Positions 1-12,615 are shown, counted from the first letter of the stretch. The stretch: DNA of 64,000 nt from Mobula hypostoma (GCF_963921235.1 NC_086097.1:67892001-67956000); one strand, 5' to 3'. Made by a program: numbers and translations. Notes: generated by a model from the letters alone, not told the origin.

Positions 1-1787
1 ATGTCCGTCTACCCCTGTGCTTCCTACTGAAATTTTATAGTGGTTCAGTTTGCTTTCTTCTAGTGGTTAGGGGAGGTCTGATTAAGCTGACTGATGTGAA
101 ACTCTCTCTATCCATATAACATTGTTGATATTCCCACAGAGCTAAAAGTTGATTTTTCCACCTGATTGCACACCATTTTAACAGATGCCCAATTCAGCTT
201 TTTTATGAACACACAATAAAAATTAAAGAAAATAGGTTGTATTTTTCATCTTGTCATTTTCCCAGACACATAATAAAAGATTAAAGTGCACATCTGTTTG
301 CTGGATAAACAATGAGTTCATATTTTTAACAGTACCACTTGCTACTTATGAATAAATATTGCAAAACATGGCTCCTGGATCATGAATCGAACAACACTGC
401 TTTGCAGCATCTTATTGCAGAAATCCATGCAGCAATTGAGCTTAAATGAACATGATTATGGCAGACCACTGTGCTGGAAAAAAAACACCATTAACTCTAT
501 TGATATCTGAACAGGAAAAAGTAAATTTAGGTTTCTAGGCTTGCATAAATGTTTCAAGAGGATCAGTGCATTCATATCAATTAGAAAGCCATGAAAATGT
601 AATTGTTATTTTTATACCTACTCAGTGTATGATGCTTAGAAAATACCTTAATGAATGCCTTAGATGAGGAAACAACAAGAAGAACAACTGGAGGCAGATG
701 TTTCGATTTAATCACAAATGTCATCTGAAGTTGTGCGTCAAATCATGTCCAAATAAAATAGTATAATTGAAAAGTTCAAGTGGAAGTTAAAAGACTCAAA
801 AACACGTTTTGATTTAAAAAGCAAAAAAAATGTCACAGTTTACAGAGGCATTGTTAATTATACCAACCAGTACTCTATATTACTTAAGACAATGGATTTC
901 AACAGAATACCACCTCAAAATTGACCGTGGTGCACAACCAAAAATAGCTACCCAGTCAAGTATTAACAATTAAATAGGAATTCATAAAGTATTTGATCAA
1001 ACAATTGTTAATTTCAAAAGTAATATTCTCAAATACTTCGAAGACAGGGGCTTCAAAGACAACTTTGATACGACAAAAAAGAATTTATGCTGATGTACAT
1101 GCTTATTATGAATCTACTGCCAAATGAATATGAACAATTATAGAATAATAGTTCTACAATCCAATTACACTGTTTCTTGCTCACAGAATTTAGTAGAGTT
1201 TTGCATTGTTCTTTTGTGAATAGAATCTGTAAAGATTTTGTCCAATATTTTGGTGTTATTATTTGGCTTTTTAGTTACTTCCATATGCTACAATGTACTA
1301 AGGCCCCACCTTAAATTATGCAGAAATCATATAAATCCAGAGTAGGAATAATTTATCCATAAATACAGTATACTTAGGTTTAAAGTAGTCCTGATAATTA
1401 TGTATTCATATTAAAGTTCTGTGAAGAACAAAAAAAAATGTTCAAAATGTGCAGCAAGGAGGTCAAGAACTGGGCAAAGCTAGAAAATGGGTCAAAACTG
1501 TAAAGAATAAGGAGCACAAGATCTACTTGAATCCAATAAAGCCCCAAAAGTTGTGTTATTTTTGCCAATTTTGTAACTAACTAGCTTTTAACAGGTCAAG
1601 AAAATTGCACGTACAAAATTGTGCTTATTTATTCATGGGATAGACAGCTATGTTCTGGTTTAATCAGGAAGTAAGCAAAAGTAAGACTTCAGGTCAGGAA
1701 AAGAGTATAATTTTCTTCAGAAGTAAAGAATTCTGGGTCTTTGTAGTGCTATTGGAGTTCAAAACACCTTAGAGGTAATTTAAGCAA

Positions 1788-4409
1788 AATGGCGTCAGTG
1801 AACTATAATGATGTTCTGGGGGCTACATATAATACTTCCAAGTCTACTTCTTTTGAATTACTCTCACTGCAATCTGCAGCATGTAATTTCCTTTGAAGCA
1901 ATGTACTTATAAATAAACTTAATGATCTACAGACTTCCTGATCTTCTGAAGGACTCGGCAGACTAAACAGGTACAACACCTTTAAGTGGACGAAGGTTCA
2001 TTGCCATGGTTAGAAGCATGGCGGGGGTGGGGGGATGAGGGTTGGGGGGGGAAAGGGGTGGGACACCAAGCCAGGCTGAAGCATAGAGGAATAAGTCTCC
2101 CTCTACCCAACATTTTGTTAGCAAACCTGTAGTCACAAAATTGAGGACCTGAGGGCAAGATTGCTATGTTGCAGGGAAGTAAGAAATTGTTGTGTTCTAT
2201 GTTTGAATGAGACTTGGCTTTCTTCCAGCATGCCAGATACAGTGATTAGATCCGGAGGTTTCTCAGTTACAGAATGGACTGAATTGCTGGTTTGGAAAAG
2301 GCGAAAGGTGGAGATGTGTGTTTCATGATAAACTCTTGGTGGTGCTCCAAATGGTGGTTTTTTTTAACTTGTGTTCCCCCGACCTTGAACGCCTAACAGT
2401 CAAATGTCATCCATTGTATTTACCTGGGTAGTTTCCCTCCATAATCCTGACTGCCAGCAGTCAACTATAATCAAGTGCTTGAGATACTGCATGATGCCTT
2501 CTCAAAAAAGAAAAGGTCTATCCTGATGCATTTCAAATCATAATTAGGAATGTAAACCAGGCTCGTTTGAAGAAAACCCTGTCCAATAACCATCAGCATA
2601 TAACCTGTAGCAGCAGAGGTTCAAACACACTTGACCACTGTTATACTATGATAAGGAATACCTACCATTCCATAGCCAGCCCGCATTTTGGTAAATCTAA
2701 TCATTTGGTTGTCCTTCTGTCTACATACAGGCAGAGACTAAAGAGCAAAATTCTGCAGATTAAAACAACAAAGGGGTAGCCGTGGAAGCAGAGGAGTGGT
2801 TATGGGATTGCTTTGAGTAGGTAGACTGGGTCATGTTCATGGACTCATCTGTGGATCTGAATGAATACACCATGGTTGTCATGGACTTTATTAAAACAGT
2901 TGTGGACAAGTGTGTCCCCAAAAAAATCATTCAGAATCTTCCCCAACCAGAAGCCTTGGATGAACCAATATGCTGAGCGCCAGATGAGAGACTTTCAAGT
3001 CTGGAGACCAAGAAAGTTACAAGAGGTCCGGGTACAACCTCCAGAAAGCTATCTCACCTGTGAAGTGGATAAAATTCTGGATGAAAATTGAAGGAACAAA
3101 GGACACTCAACTGTTATGGTTGAGCTTGAATATCTCTTATAAAGTTAAATCAAGCAAACATAAGTGTCAATAGGACTTTGCTTCCAAATGAGCTCAATGC
3201 CTTCCATGCTCGCTTTGACCATCAAAACTAGGAGGAAACATAACAAACTCACACAGCCCCTGATGATCCTGTGATTTCAATCTCTGAGGCCAATGTGTGA
3301 GCAGCGTACAGGAGGGTGAACCCACAGAAAGCACCTGGCCCATGACAGGTATCTGGCCAAGTACTAAACACCCGAAGTGGATCACCAGGCTGGAGTGTTC
3401 ACTGAAATCTTTAACCTCTCGCTTCAGCAGTCTGGAGGTACCTACCTGCTTCAAGCAAACTTCAATTATCTCGGTGTCTAAGAAGAACCTGCCTCAATGA
3501 CTATCATTCAGTAGCACTTACATCTACAATGATGAAGTGCTTTGAGAGTTTGGTGATGAAACATATCAATTCCTGCCTGAGAAGTGACATGAATCTGCTC
3601 TAATTTGCTTACCGGAACAGGTAAGGCATTCAATACTATCATCCCCTCAATAAACTTCAAAGCCTTGGTCTGAACACCCCCTTGTGCAATTGGATCCTCG
3701 ATTTCCTCAATTACAAACCACAGTCAGTTCAGATTGGCAACAACATCTCCTCCACAATCTCATCAGCACAGGTGCACCATAAAGCTGTGTGCTTAGCCCC
3801 CTGCTCTACTCGCTTTATATTTATGAATGTGCGGCTAAGCACAGCTCCAATGCATATTCAAGTTTGCTGACGACACCACTGTCATAGGCTGAATCAAAGG
3901 TGGTGACAGATCAGCTTATAGGAGGGAGACTAAAAATCTGGCCAAGTGGTGCCATAACATCAACCTTTTACTCAACGTCAAGCAAGACCAAAGAGCGGAG
4001 TACTGACTTCAGGATGAGGTAACCAGACGCCCATAAGTTGGGCCCCAACAGAGGATCAGAGGTGCAGAGGGTAAGCAGCTTTAAATTACTCAGAGTTATT
4101 ATTTTGGAAGACCAGTCCTGCGCCCAGCACCTAAGTGCAATTATGAAGAAAGCATAGCACCACCTCTACTTCCTTGGGAGTTTGTGAATATTTGGCATGT
4201 AACCTCTCATTATGGTCAGTCCATCACGGGTAAAGCTGTCCCCACCGCTGAGTACATCTACACCAAGCACTATCGCAGGAAAGCAGCATCCAACAGTAGG
4301 GACCCACACCAACCAGGACATGCACTTTTCTGATTGCTGTCATCAGGAAGAAAGTACAGGAGCTTCAAGACTCACATCACCAGTTTCAGAAACAATTATT
4401 ACCCTTGAA
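1788..4409 (+). mobile_element. Degenerate near-full-length Rex1/Babar-like non-LTR retrotransposon (APE endonuclease + RT)
   Basis: Broken frames carry endonuclease motifs (LCLNETWL, TLDHCYT, HFGKSNHLVVLL), [18 protein letters not shown] and the RT KFADDTT motif (~3860-3880). Homologous to the better-preserved copy at 32995-34945. Many stops and frameshifts; boundaries approximate. Confidence 0.85.
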
Positions 4410-4411
4410 CC

Positions 4412-5064
4412 AAATCAGAATCAGGCTTATTATCACTGGCATGTGTTGTGGAATTTGTTAACTTAGCTGCAGCAAATACAATGCAATATATGATAATCTA
4501 GAAAGAAAAAGATAAAGTAAATCAATTCCAGTAAGTAGAGATATGCATATTAAATAGATTAAAATTAGTGCAAAAACAGAAGTAATATACATTTTAAAAA
4601 AATGTGAGGTACCGTAATGTTCATGGGTGCGGTGCATGGCTAAGCGGTTAGGGTGTTGGTCTAGCGATCTGAAGTCGTGGGTTCGAGCCTTGACCGAGGC
4701 AGCATGTGTGTCCTTAAGCAAGGCACTTAACCACACAGTCTACCCAGCTGGGAATGGGTACCAGCAAAAAAAAAATGCTGGGGGTTAATCTCACAATAGA
4801 CTGGCGTACTATCCGGGGGAGGGGGTAGTCTCGTACCCTCAGTCGCTTCACGCCACGGAAACCAGCCTGATGGGCCACAAGGCTCGTGACAGACTTCAAT
4901 CTTTAAAAATGCTCATGGGTTCAAAGTCCATTTAGGGATCATATGGCAGAGGGGAAGAAGCTGTTCCTGAATCGCTGAGTGTGCCTTCAGGCTTCTGTAC
5001 CTCCTACCTGTGATAACAATGAGAAGAGGAAGTGATTTCTGAGGCACCACTCATTGAAGAGGCC
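4412..5064 (-). mobile_element. 3' fragment of a Rex1/Babar-type LINE in reverse orientation, interrupted by a SINE
   Basis: The reverse complement reads as a LINE 3' end (RYRSLKAHTQRFRNSFFPSAI-like frame at ~4940-5010) and ends in AATAAG..(TGATTC)n at ~4412-4430. Similar to the + strand fragment at 39620-39820. Confidence 0.7.
4629..4907 (+). mobile_element. tRNA-derived SINE with CORE-like central domain
   Basis: Pol III A box TGGCTAAGCGG and B box GGTTCGAGCC, followed by GTGTCCTTAAGCAAGGCACTTAACC. Flanked by a 13-bp TSD with 1 mismatch: AATGTTCATGGGT (4616-4628) / AATGCTCATGGGT (4908-4920). Confidence 0.85.
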
Positions 5065-5169
5065 TCACAGGTAGGAGGTACAGAAGCCTGAAGGCACACT
5101 CAGCGATTCAGGAACAGCTTCTTCCCCTCTGCCATATGATCCCTAATTGGACTTTGAACCCATGAGCAT
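4909..5169. repeat. 105-bp inverted repeat (104/105 identical) with 51-bp spacer
   Basis: 4909-5013 is the reverse complement of 5065-5169, with one mismatch. Confidence 0.95.
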
Positions 5170-6714
5170 GTGATTAAGTCCACTAGGGAAGAAGCAATTC
5201 TGGATTAGGTGTTGTGAAATGAGCCAGATTTGGTTGGGGAACTCAAGAAAAAGGAACCTTAGGAGACAATGAACATAATGTGACATAATTCACCCTGCAG
5301 TTTGAGAAGGAAGAGCTAAAGTCACATGTATCAGTATTACAGTAGAGTAAAGGAACTATAGAAGCATAAGAAAGGAGCTGGCCAAAGTTGATTGGAAGGG
5401 GTCACTAGCAGGAATGATGGAAGAAGAGCGATGTATAGAATTTCTGGGAGCAATTTGGATGGCGCAAGACAGAGTCATCCCAAAGAAGAAGTAGCAACAT
5501 TCTGAAGGTAGGATGAGGCAACCGTGGCTGACAAGAGAAGTCAAAGACAGTAGGAAAGCAAAAAATAGGGCAAATAATATAGCAAAAGTTATTGGGAAGA
5601 TCGAGGAATGGGAAACTTCTAAAAACCGATAGAAGGCAACTAAAAGTGAAATATGAAGGCAAGCTAGCCAATAACAAAAAAGAGGGTACCAAAATTTTGT
5701 TTCAGATATATAAAGATAAAAAAGTGGTGAGTGTGGATATTGGACCACCAGAAAATGACAGTGGAGAGGTAGTAATGGGAGACTATGAAATGGCTGACGA
5801 ACTCAGTAAGTATTTTACAAAAGTCCTCACTGTGGAAGACACCAGCAACATGACAAAAATTTGACAGTTTTAGAGAGCAGAAGTGAGTGTAGTTGCTATT
5901 ACTAAGGAGAAGGTGTTTCGGAAGCTGAAAGGTCTGAAGGTAGATAAGTCACCTGGACAGGATGGACTACACCTAGGGTTCTAAAAGAGGTAATTGAAGA
6001 GATTGTGGAAGCATTAGTAATGATATTTCAGGAATCACTAGATTTTGGAATGACAGAATTGATGGCTTTGTGGCCACTTTGCAGACGATATGAAGGTAGG
6101 TGGTGGGGCAGATAGTTTTGAGGAAATAGGGAGACTACAGAAGGACAGAGAGATTAGGAGAATAGGCAAAGAAGTGGCAGATAGAATATAGTGCAGGGAA
6201 GAGTATAAATGTGCATATTGATAGAAGAAATGAAAAGCTTGACTATTTTCTAAGGGGGGAGAAAATTTAGAAACCAGAAGTGCAAAGGGACATGGGAGTC
6301 CTTGTGCAGAATTCACGGAAGGTTAACTTGCAGGTTGAGTTGGTGGTAAGGCAGGCAAGGCAAATGCCATGTTAGCATTTATTTTGAGAGAATTGGAACA
6401 CAAAAGCAAGGATATAATGGTGAGGTTTTATAAGAGATTAGCAGATCACATTTGGAGTGTTGTGAGCAGTTTTAAGCCCCCTATCAAAGAAAATATATGC
6501 TGACATTGGAGAGGGTCCAGAGGAGGCTCATGAGAATGATTCAGAGAATGAAAGGGTTAATGCATGAGAAGCGTTTTCTGATTCTGGGCCTGTACTCGGT
6601 AGAGTTTACAAGGCTATGCGGGGTGTGGGGGGAGGGGGTGGAAATCCCATTGAGTTCTATCGAATACCGAAAGGCCTAGACAGAGTAGATGTGGAGAGGA
6701 TGTTGCCTATAGTG

Positions 6715-6792
6715 CAGGGGTTTCCACCCGGGGATTCACAGACACCTTGGTTAAAAGGTAGGGCCCATGGCAAAAAATGTTGGTAACCCCTG
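6715..6792. mobile_element. 78-bp hAT (Charlie-like) MITE
   Basis: Termini CAGGGGTTTCCA.. / ..TGGTAACCCCTG, with a perfect 8-bp TSD CTATAGTG (6707-6714 and 6793-6800) inside the CR1 frame. Confidence 0.85.
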
Positions 6793-6961
6793 CTATAGTG
6801 GGTGATAAGACCAGAGGGTACAGCCTCAGAATAGAGACGCATCCATTTAGAACGGAGATGAGAAGGATTTTTTTTAGCTAGAGGGTGGTGAATCTGTGGA
6901 ATTCATTGACACAGATGGCTGTGGAGGTGTCTTTGAGTATACTTAAAGCAGAGGTTGATAG

Positions 6962-7955
6962 CTTTCCAAGATAGTGCTAGCGACTAACAACAACTTTTTG
7001 CAGACAGCTCACACGACTACTCTAGTAGTTAATACTGTTTCTGAACTGTGATTGTTGCAGTCTGCAGCCTATAATTTCCATTTTAAGGATATTCATTTCA
7101 TCCGACTAAATGATCTGGCTCTTTTGCAATCTCCTGGGTGATTTGGCGAACTAGACTCTCGAGAGTGCAGGTATGGTCAGGACAGCTATCGCTGCAGATA
7201 GACTCTGTGTTGAGGCCTGAAAATGGAAGACAAACCCATGGTTGCTCCATTACTCTGCACTGATTGAAGCGTTGAGCAAGATTAAAATTGTCGAGGACAA
7301 GAGCACAAAAAGAACGTGTTCAGTGCCATCTGCCTTCATTATAACAGCCTCCTTCTCTTCTTGCTACTACCGTCAAGCAGGAGGTGCAGAAGCATGTCAC
7401 CGGGTTCGGGATCAGTTGTTGCTCTGCAGCCACTGGGCTCCTGGATGTGCTTCACTCACCTCTGCTGAACAGGCTCCGAAGCAATGAACTTTCAGGGACT
7501 CTGCAGTTCATGTTCCATGTGCTTATTTTTTCTGTTTGTGAGATTTGATCAAGACATCAAGGCCAAGGGCGAAGGATAAACCAGTGTTCAGCTCACTGCT
7601 CTGTGAGGTTTACTCACTTCAGTGCTGAATTGACCTGTAGCGCACGACCATTGACACTCGCCTCAGCACTGAATTGGCTCCATGGCTATGGCCTACAGCC
7701 AGCAGGCTCCTGGACCTGCTTCACTCCCTTTGGCACAGAACTGGCTCTGTGGCTGTGGACTCACTTTCGGGGGCTCTGTGGTTAATGTTCTGTGTGTTAT
7801 TTGTTTACTCTTTAAAGTTTACAAGGTTCATTCTTTTCTCGCACATTGACTGTTTGTCACCGGGGTTTTTAATGAATTTTATTGTGATTTTTTGCAATTA
7901 GATGAATCTCAAGGTTGTATACAATATACATACTTTAATAAATGTACTTTGCACT
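6962..7955 (+). mobile_element. Non-autonomous retroposon with a Rex1-like 3' tail, inserted in the CR1
   Basis: TTGATAG direct repeat at 6955-6961 and 7956-7962, after which the CR1 sequence resumes. The tail (gaatctcaaggttgtata..aataaatgtactttgcacttt) resembles the Rex1-type LINE tail at 29350-29425. No recognisable intact ORF. Confidence 0.65.
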
Positions 7956-8856
7956 TTGATAGGTTCTTGATTAGTCAGGGCATCAAAGGTTATGGGTTTG
8001 AGAGAGGCAATAAATCAGCTATGAAGGAATAGCAGAGCAGACATTATGGGACAAGTGTTCTAATTCTACTCCTACGTCTTATAGACAGAGTAAACATTTT
8101 ACAATTTCAGAAGTTCCTATGTTTATTCACAAGTAAAACAACATCTCTATCATCCAAGTATATGCACCCAGAATGACAAGCTCAGAGGAAGATATTGATG
8201 CCTTCTACCACTCCCTAGACAAAGCACTAGAAAAATGCAAATCACAAGAAGCCATCATAGTCATGGGCGGCTTCAATGCAAAAGTTGGTGAGGGAAGGGA
8301 AGACCATATTGTTGGAGACCAGGGATTCGGAGAAAGAAATGAAAGAGGAGAAGAGCTTATATCATGGTGTAAAACAAACAATTAGATAATCACCAGCACT
8401 TCGTCTAAACAACATCCAAGAAGGAAATGGACATGGAGAGGCCCAGATGGGAACTGTAATATTGATGTGACTCGGCCACAGCTGTAGATTGAACAACCAC
8501 GTTTATTCACCAGACTTCTATTTTTTTAAAACCCTTTTTCCATGTCCTGATGTCATACGTACTCTGACGCTACAAATACTCACACAATACATTACATCTC
8601 CCTTCTCAAGATTTTTTTTTACAACACTGTGAATGACCAAAACAATGCCTCTAGCTATGCCCTTCTTACAGTGCAACAACCACGACATAAACTAAAAAAA
8701 TCTTACCTTCTTGTACTGTATTCTGCATTATATTTTACAATACTAACAGCAGTGTATTTTCTTTTACAAACATAGACTAATAAACCTTTTATTTCACACC
8801 CTGGAACTTATAACATGCGTAGCTTTGCCTCAAACTGTGTGAGAGTGTATGTATGT

Positions 8857-10525
8857 CTAGTCTCTGTATCTAGCTGGAAGTTTGACTTGTCTCCCAGACC
8901 GTGTGTGATACAACTGTGACTGTGCTTGACTTTCATCCGTGTCAGTCTCTCCAGTGACCTCTGTGTCTTTGGGGTCTGAATCGTTCTTGGTGTCGTTTGT
9001 TTCCATGTCTGTATATGTGAAAACGTCCTGTGCATCTGTACGTGGAAACATACTCTTGCTTGTCTTCAGCAGATGCTTCCTGTTCCTCCTATATTCTCTT
9101 CCATCCGGCATGTAAACTATGAAGGACCTTGGTTGCTGATGTCTGCTCACAACCACAGCTGATTGCCAAGTGTCTCCTCTCTGTATTCTGACATTTTCAC
9201 CTGTATGCAGATCTGGCAACTGTCTTGTATGTCTGTCATAGTAGCTCTTTTGCTTTATCTGCTTGTACTTTTGCTTGTCACGTACTTGAGCGTTACCTTC
9301 AGGGGTCAGTAGAGTTGTGGATGTTGGCAGTTTGGACTTCAGACGACGTCCCATCAACAGCTGCGCAGGAGAGAACCTCACACCCTCAATCGGTGTGTTG
9401 CGGTATTCAAGCAGAGCAATGTAAGGGTCACTGTCGCTGCTTTGTGCCTTCTTGAGCATGTTCTTGACAGTTTGTACAGTTCTCTCTGCTTGTCCATTAG
9501 ACTGAGCGTGCCCTGGACTGGAAGTAACATGTTGAAATTCCCAGCTTTCTGAGAACTCTCTGAACTTACCACTGGCATATTGTGGACCATTGTCACTGAC
9601 GACAGTATCTGGAATACCATGTCCTGCAAATGTCAACTTCATCGCAGTAATGACACCTCGACTGGACATGTCACTTAACTTGGTGATCTCCGGATATTTT
9701 GAATAGTAGTCCACACAATGCAGATATTCTGTACCATTGTAGTGAAAGAGATCTGTGCCAACCTTCTCCCATGGTCTTCCTGGTAGTGGGTGGGGAAGCA
9801 GAGGCTCTCTTGGATTGTTGTTTTGGTTTTCATTACAGACAGCACACTGAGACACAATGTCCTCTATCTGAGTTGACATGCCTGGCCAATAGAGAATGTC
9901 CCTTGCTCTTTCTTTACATTTCACTATGCCCAGGTGTGACTCATGAATTTTGTTGAGCATTTCCTGTCTCATTTGGTTTGGTACGATGAGTTTTGCTGTT
10001 TTAAACATTAGTCCTGATGCATAGCTGATTTCCTCTTTAAATGTCCAGTATTTCTGCATTTCCTTTGGAACATCTTTTCTTTCTGTTGGCCATCCATTCA
10101 TTGAAATGTCTCTTAGCATTTGCATTTCAGGATCATCTGCAGTTGCTTTCCTGAACATGTTCAACTTCTCCTCAGAGATGGGTAGCTGAGGTGTAACCCA
10201 GTTGACGTCCAGCTCTCTTCCTAGCAACTCTTCCTTCTGCTCTTTGAGGTAAGCACGGCTCAAAGCATCAGCGATGTGCAGTTCTTTTCCCGGCTTATAG
10301 GTGACTGTGAGAGTGTACCTCTGTAGCCTGAGAAGCATCCTTTGCAGCCTCATAGGAGCTTGGTGGAGTGGCCTTTTGAAGATGCTCTCATTTGGTTTGT
10401 GATCACTCTCAACCTGGATTTCTTTGCCATTTACATATTGGTGGAACTTCTCACACCCATAAACTATGGCAAGTAATTCCTTCTCGATTTGAGCATATTG
10501 GCATTGGCAGTCCGTAAGTGTCTTC
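8857..10525 (-). CDS. pol: Gypsy pol fragment: C-terminal RNase H and complete integrase (open frame, no native start)
   Basis: YAQIEKELLAIVYG..SDHKP (RNase H), HESH..CAVC zinc finger, GTDLF / VSDNG / QAERTV DDE triad, C-terminal TRSGRQVKLPARY. Confidence 0.9.
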
Positions 10526-10529
10526 AAGC

Positions 10530-10563
10530 GGAGGCGTGGGTTTGAATCCCACTTCTGACACCA
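10530..10563 (-). promoter_or_regulatory. Extended primer-binding site complementary to the tRNA-Leu 3' end including CCA
   Basis: The + strand reads GGAGGCGTGGGTTTGAATCCCACTTCTGACACCA, which matches the vertebrate tRNA-Leu(CAA) 3' end as I recall it at 33/34 nt (TTCGAA>TTTGAA). It abuts the 5' LTR. Confidence 0.88.
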
Positions 10564-12615
10564 TGTAATATTGATGTGACTCGGACACCGCTGTAGATTG
10601 AACAACCACGTTTATTCACCAGACTTCCATTTTTTTAAAACCCTTTTTCCACGTCCTGACGTCATATGCACTCTGACGCTACGAATACTCACACGATACA
10701 TTACAGGAACAACAAAAATCAAATTGACTACATAACAATCAATAACAGATACAAAAACTTGATAACTCAATCTAAAAGCTACCCTGGAGCAGACTGTGGA
10801 AGTGACCACATAACAGTCATTTACAAAATGAAAATAAAGATGAGGAAATTAAAGAAACCAAAAAGATCAGAACCACTGGATTATCAACAACTACAAAACA
10901 ACCCTCATGTGAAAATAGAATACACAATCAAGGTGAAAAACTGTTTTCAATTGTTGCGGGATGAAGGAGGCAAATCTTCCTGGGACATACTGAAGGAATC
11001 CATGGTTGAAGCTGCAAAAGAAACCATCCCATGAAAAGAACGGAAAAGTAAGAAGAAATGGATAACTGAAGATATAATATAATTGATGCAACAAAAACAG
11101 ACCATCAAACTAAGAGACAGCAAAGAATACAAACAACTTGATAATAAAAAGAAAATGCAGAGAAGCTAAAGACAGATGGCTAAATGAGAAATGCTCAGGG
11201 ATAGAAATGCTACAAACCCATAACCCTGGAACAAAGTTGATGCACAGTAAGATTAAAGAACTAACGGGGAAATTACCTTGCTCAGCAAGTGGATGCATCA
11301 AGGCAAAAGATGGCAGCTTAATTATGAGCAAAGAGGAAATCCTAAACAGATGGACAGAATATATAAAAGAACTTTTTGAAGACCAGAGAGGAGAAAAACT
11401 GAACATAAAGAAGATTCTTGAAGGACCTAGCATTCTACAATCAGAAATTCAAGCAGTTATAAATAAAACAAAACATAACAGCGCAACTGGTCCAGACAAC
11501 ATCGCTGTTGAAATGATACTGGCCTTAGAAGATTTTGGAATAGAGAGAATAACAGAAATAGCAAATGAAATCTGTGATCATGGGGAGATACCTGATGATT
11601 TAAGTAAATCAGTGTTCATCACACTTCCAAAGAAAGAGGGAGCAAAGAATGTGAGTTACATCGTACAATAAGCCTGATGAGCCACGTGGCAAAAATTATT
11701 CTCAGAGTAATCATGATGAGAGCAAAACGCTGTATTAAACCAGAAATCAGTAAAGAACAATGTGGCTTTGTGGAAAACACTGGAACCAGAAATTCAATTT
11801 TTATGCTACAGATGATCTGTGAACCAGCCATCCAGGTACAAAAAGACATCTACCTATGTTTCATCGACTATACAAAAGCTTTTGACACTGTCAAACACTA
11901 AGATCTTCTGGAAATACTTCAAGATCTTGGCATAGATGGGAAAGATAATATGTTTCTTAAGAAACTTATACTGGGATCAGACAGCATCCATCAGAATAGA
12001 AGGAGAAGTGAGTGAGTATATGAATATCATGAGAGGAGTCAGGCAAGGTTGTGTCTTTTCGCCAGACTTATTCAACCTGTACAGTGAAAATATTTTGAGA
12101 AGTATCAAAGACATCAAAGGATTCACAATTGGAGGCCAGAATATAAATAACATCAGATATGCTGATGACATCATACTAATAGCTGACTCAGAAACAACAC
12201 TTCAAGAACTACTCACTATAGTGGCAGCAGAAAGTAATCACAGAGGCCTCTCAATCAACACCAAGAAGACAGAAAGCATGGTCATCTCCAGAAAGACAAA
12301 CATCTCACAATGTGTGATTGAAGCACCTTCAATTACTCCAAAAGACTGAGGTTTGGTAAAATACTGAAAGGCTTTTATTCGCTGTACAATACGACCTCCA
12401 CAGTGAGTGTCTGCCCCCGGACTGAGGGGGAGGGGCAAGGCAAATACCTTTATACAGGACTCTGTGGGAGGAGCCACAGGGGCAGTCAGCAGAGGGGCGT
12501 GTCCAGACAGGTAACCCAGTTACAACATATATACATGGTTTACCACATTCACCCCTCTTTTTTTAAAAAGAGTCCCGCGGGGTGAAGTGACTGACAATAT
12601 TTACAAGAAGTATAT

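Larger units (their letters stand above)
5170..8082 (+). mobile_element. Degenerate CR1 LINE (internally deleted), interrupted by a hAT MITE and a ~1 kb retroposon
   Basis: CR1 ORF2 remnants: MADELSKYFTKV, DKSPGQDGLHPRVLKE, FADDMK, LERVQRR..RMI, FFSxRVVNLWN. CR1 3' tail (ctaattctactcctacgtcttat) at ~8060-8082. Confidence 0.85.
8455..10705 (-). mobile_element. Internally deleted Gypsy LTR retrotransposon (Mag/K02A2.6-like) retaining only the end of RNase H plus integrase
   Basis: 142-bp LTRs TGTAAT..ATTACA at 8455-8596 and 10564-10705 (9 differences). TSD GGAAC at 8450-8454 and 10706-10710. PPT GAGAAGGGAGA on the - strand at 8597-8607. tRNA-Leu PBS ending at 10563. Confidence 0.95.

Noticed and set aside
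10530..10563. Possible tRNA-Leu gene
   Set aside because: Only the 3' part is present, it includes an encoded CCA and it abuts an LTR, so it is a primer-derived copy rather than a gene.
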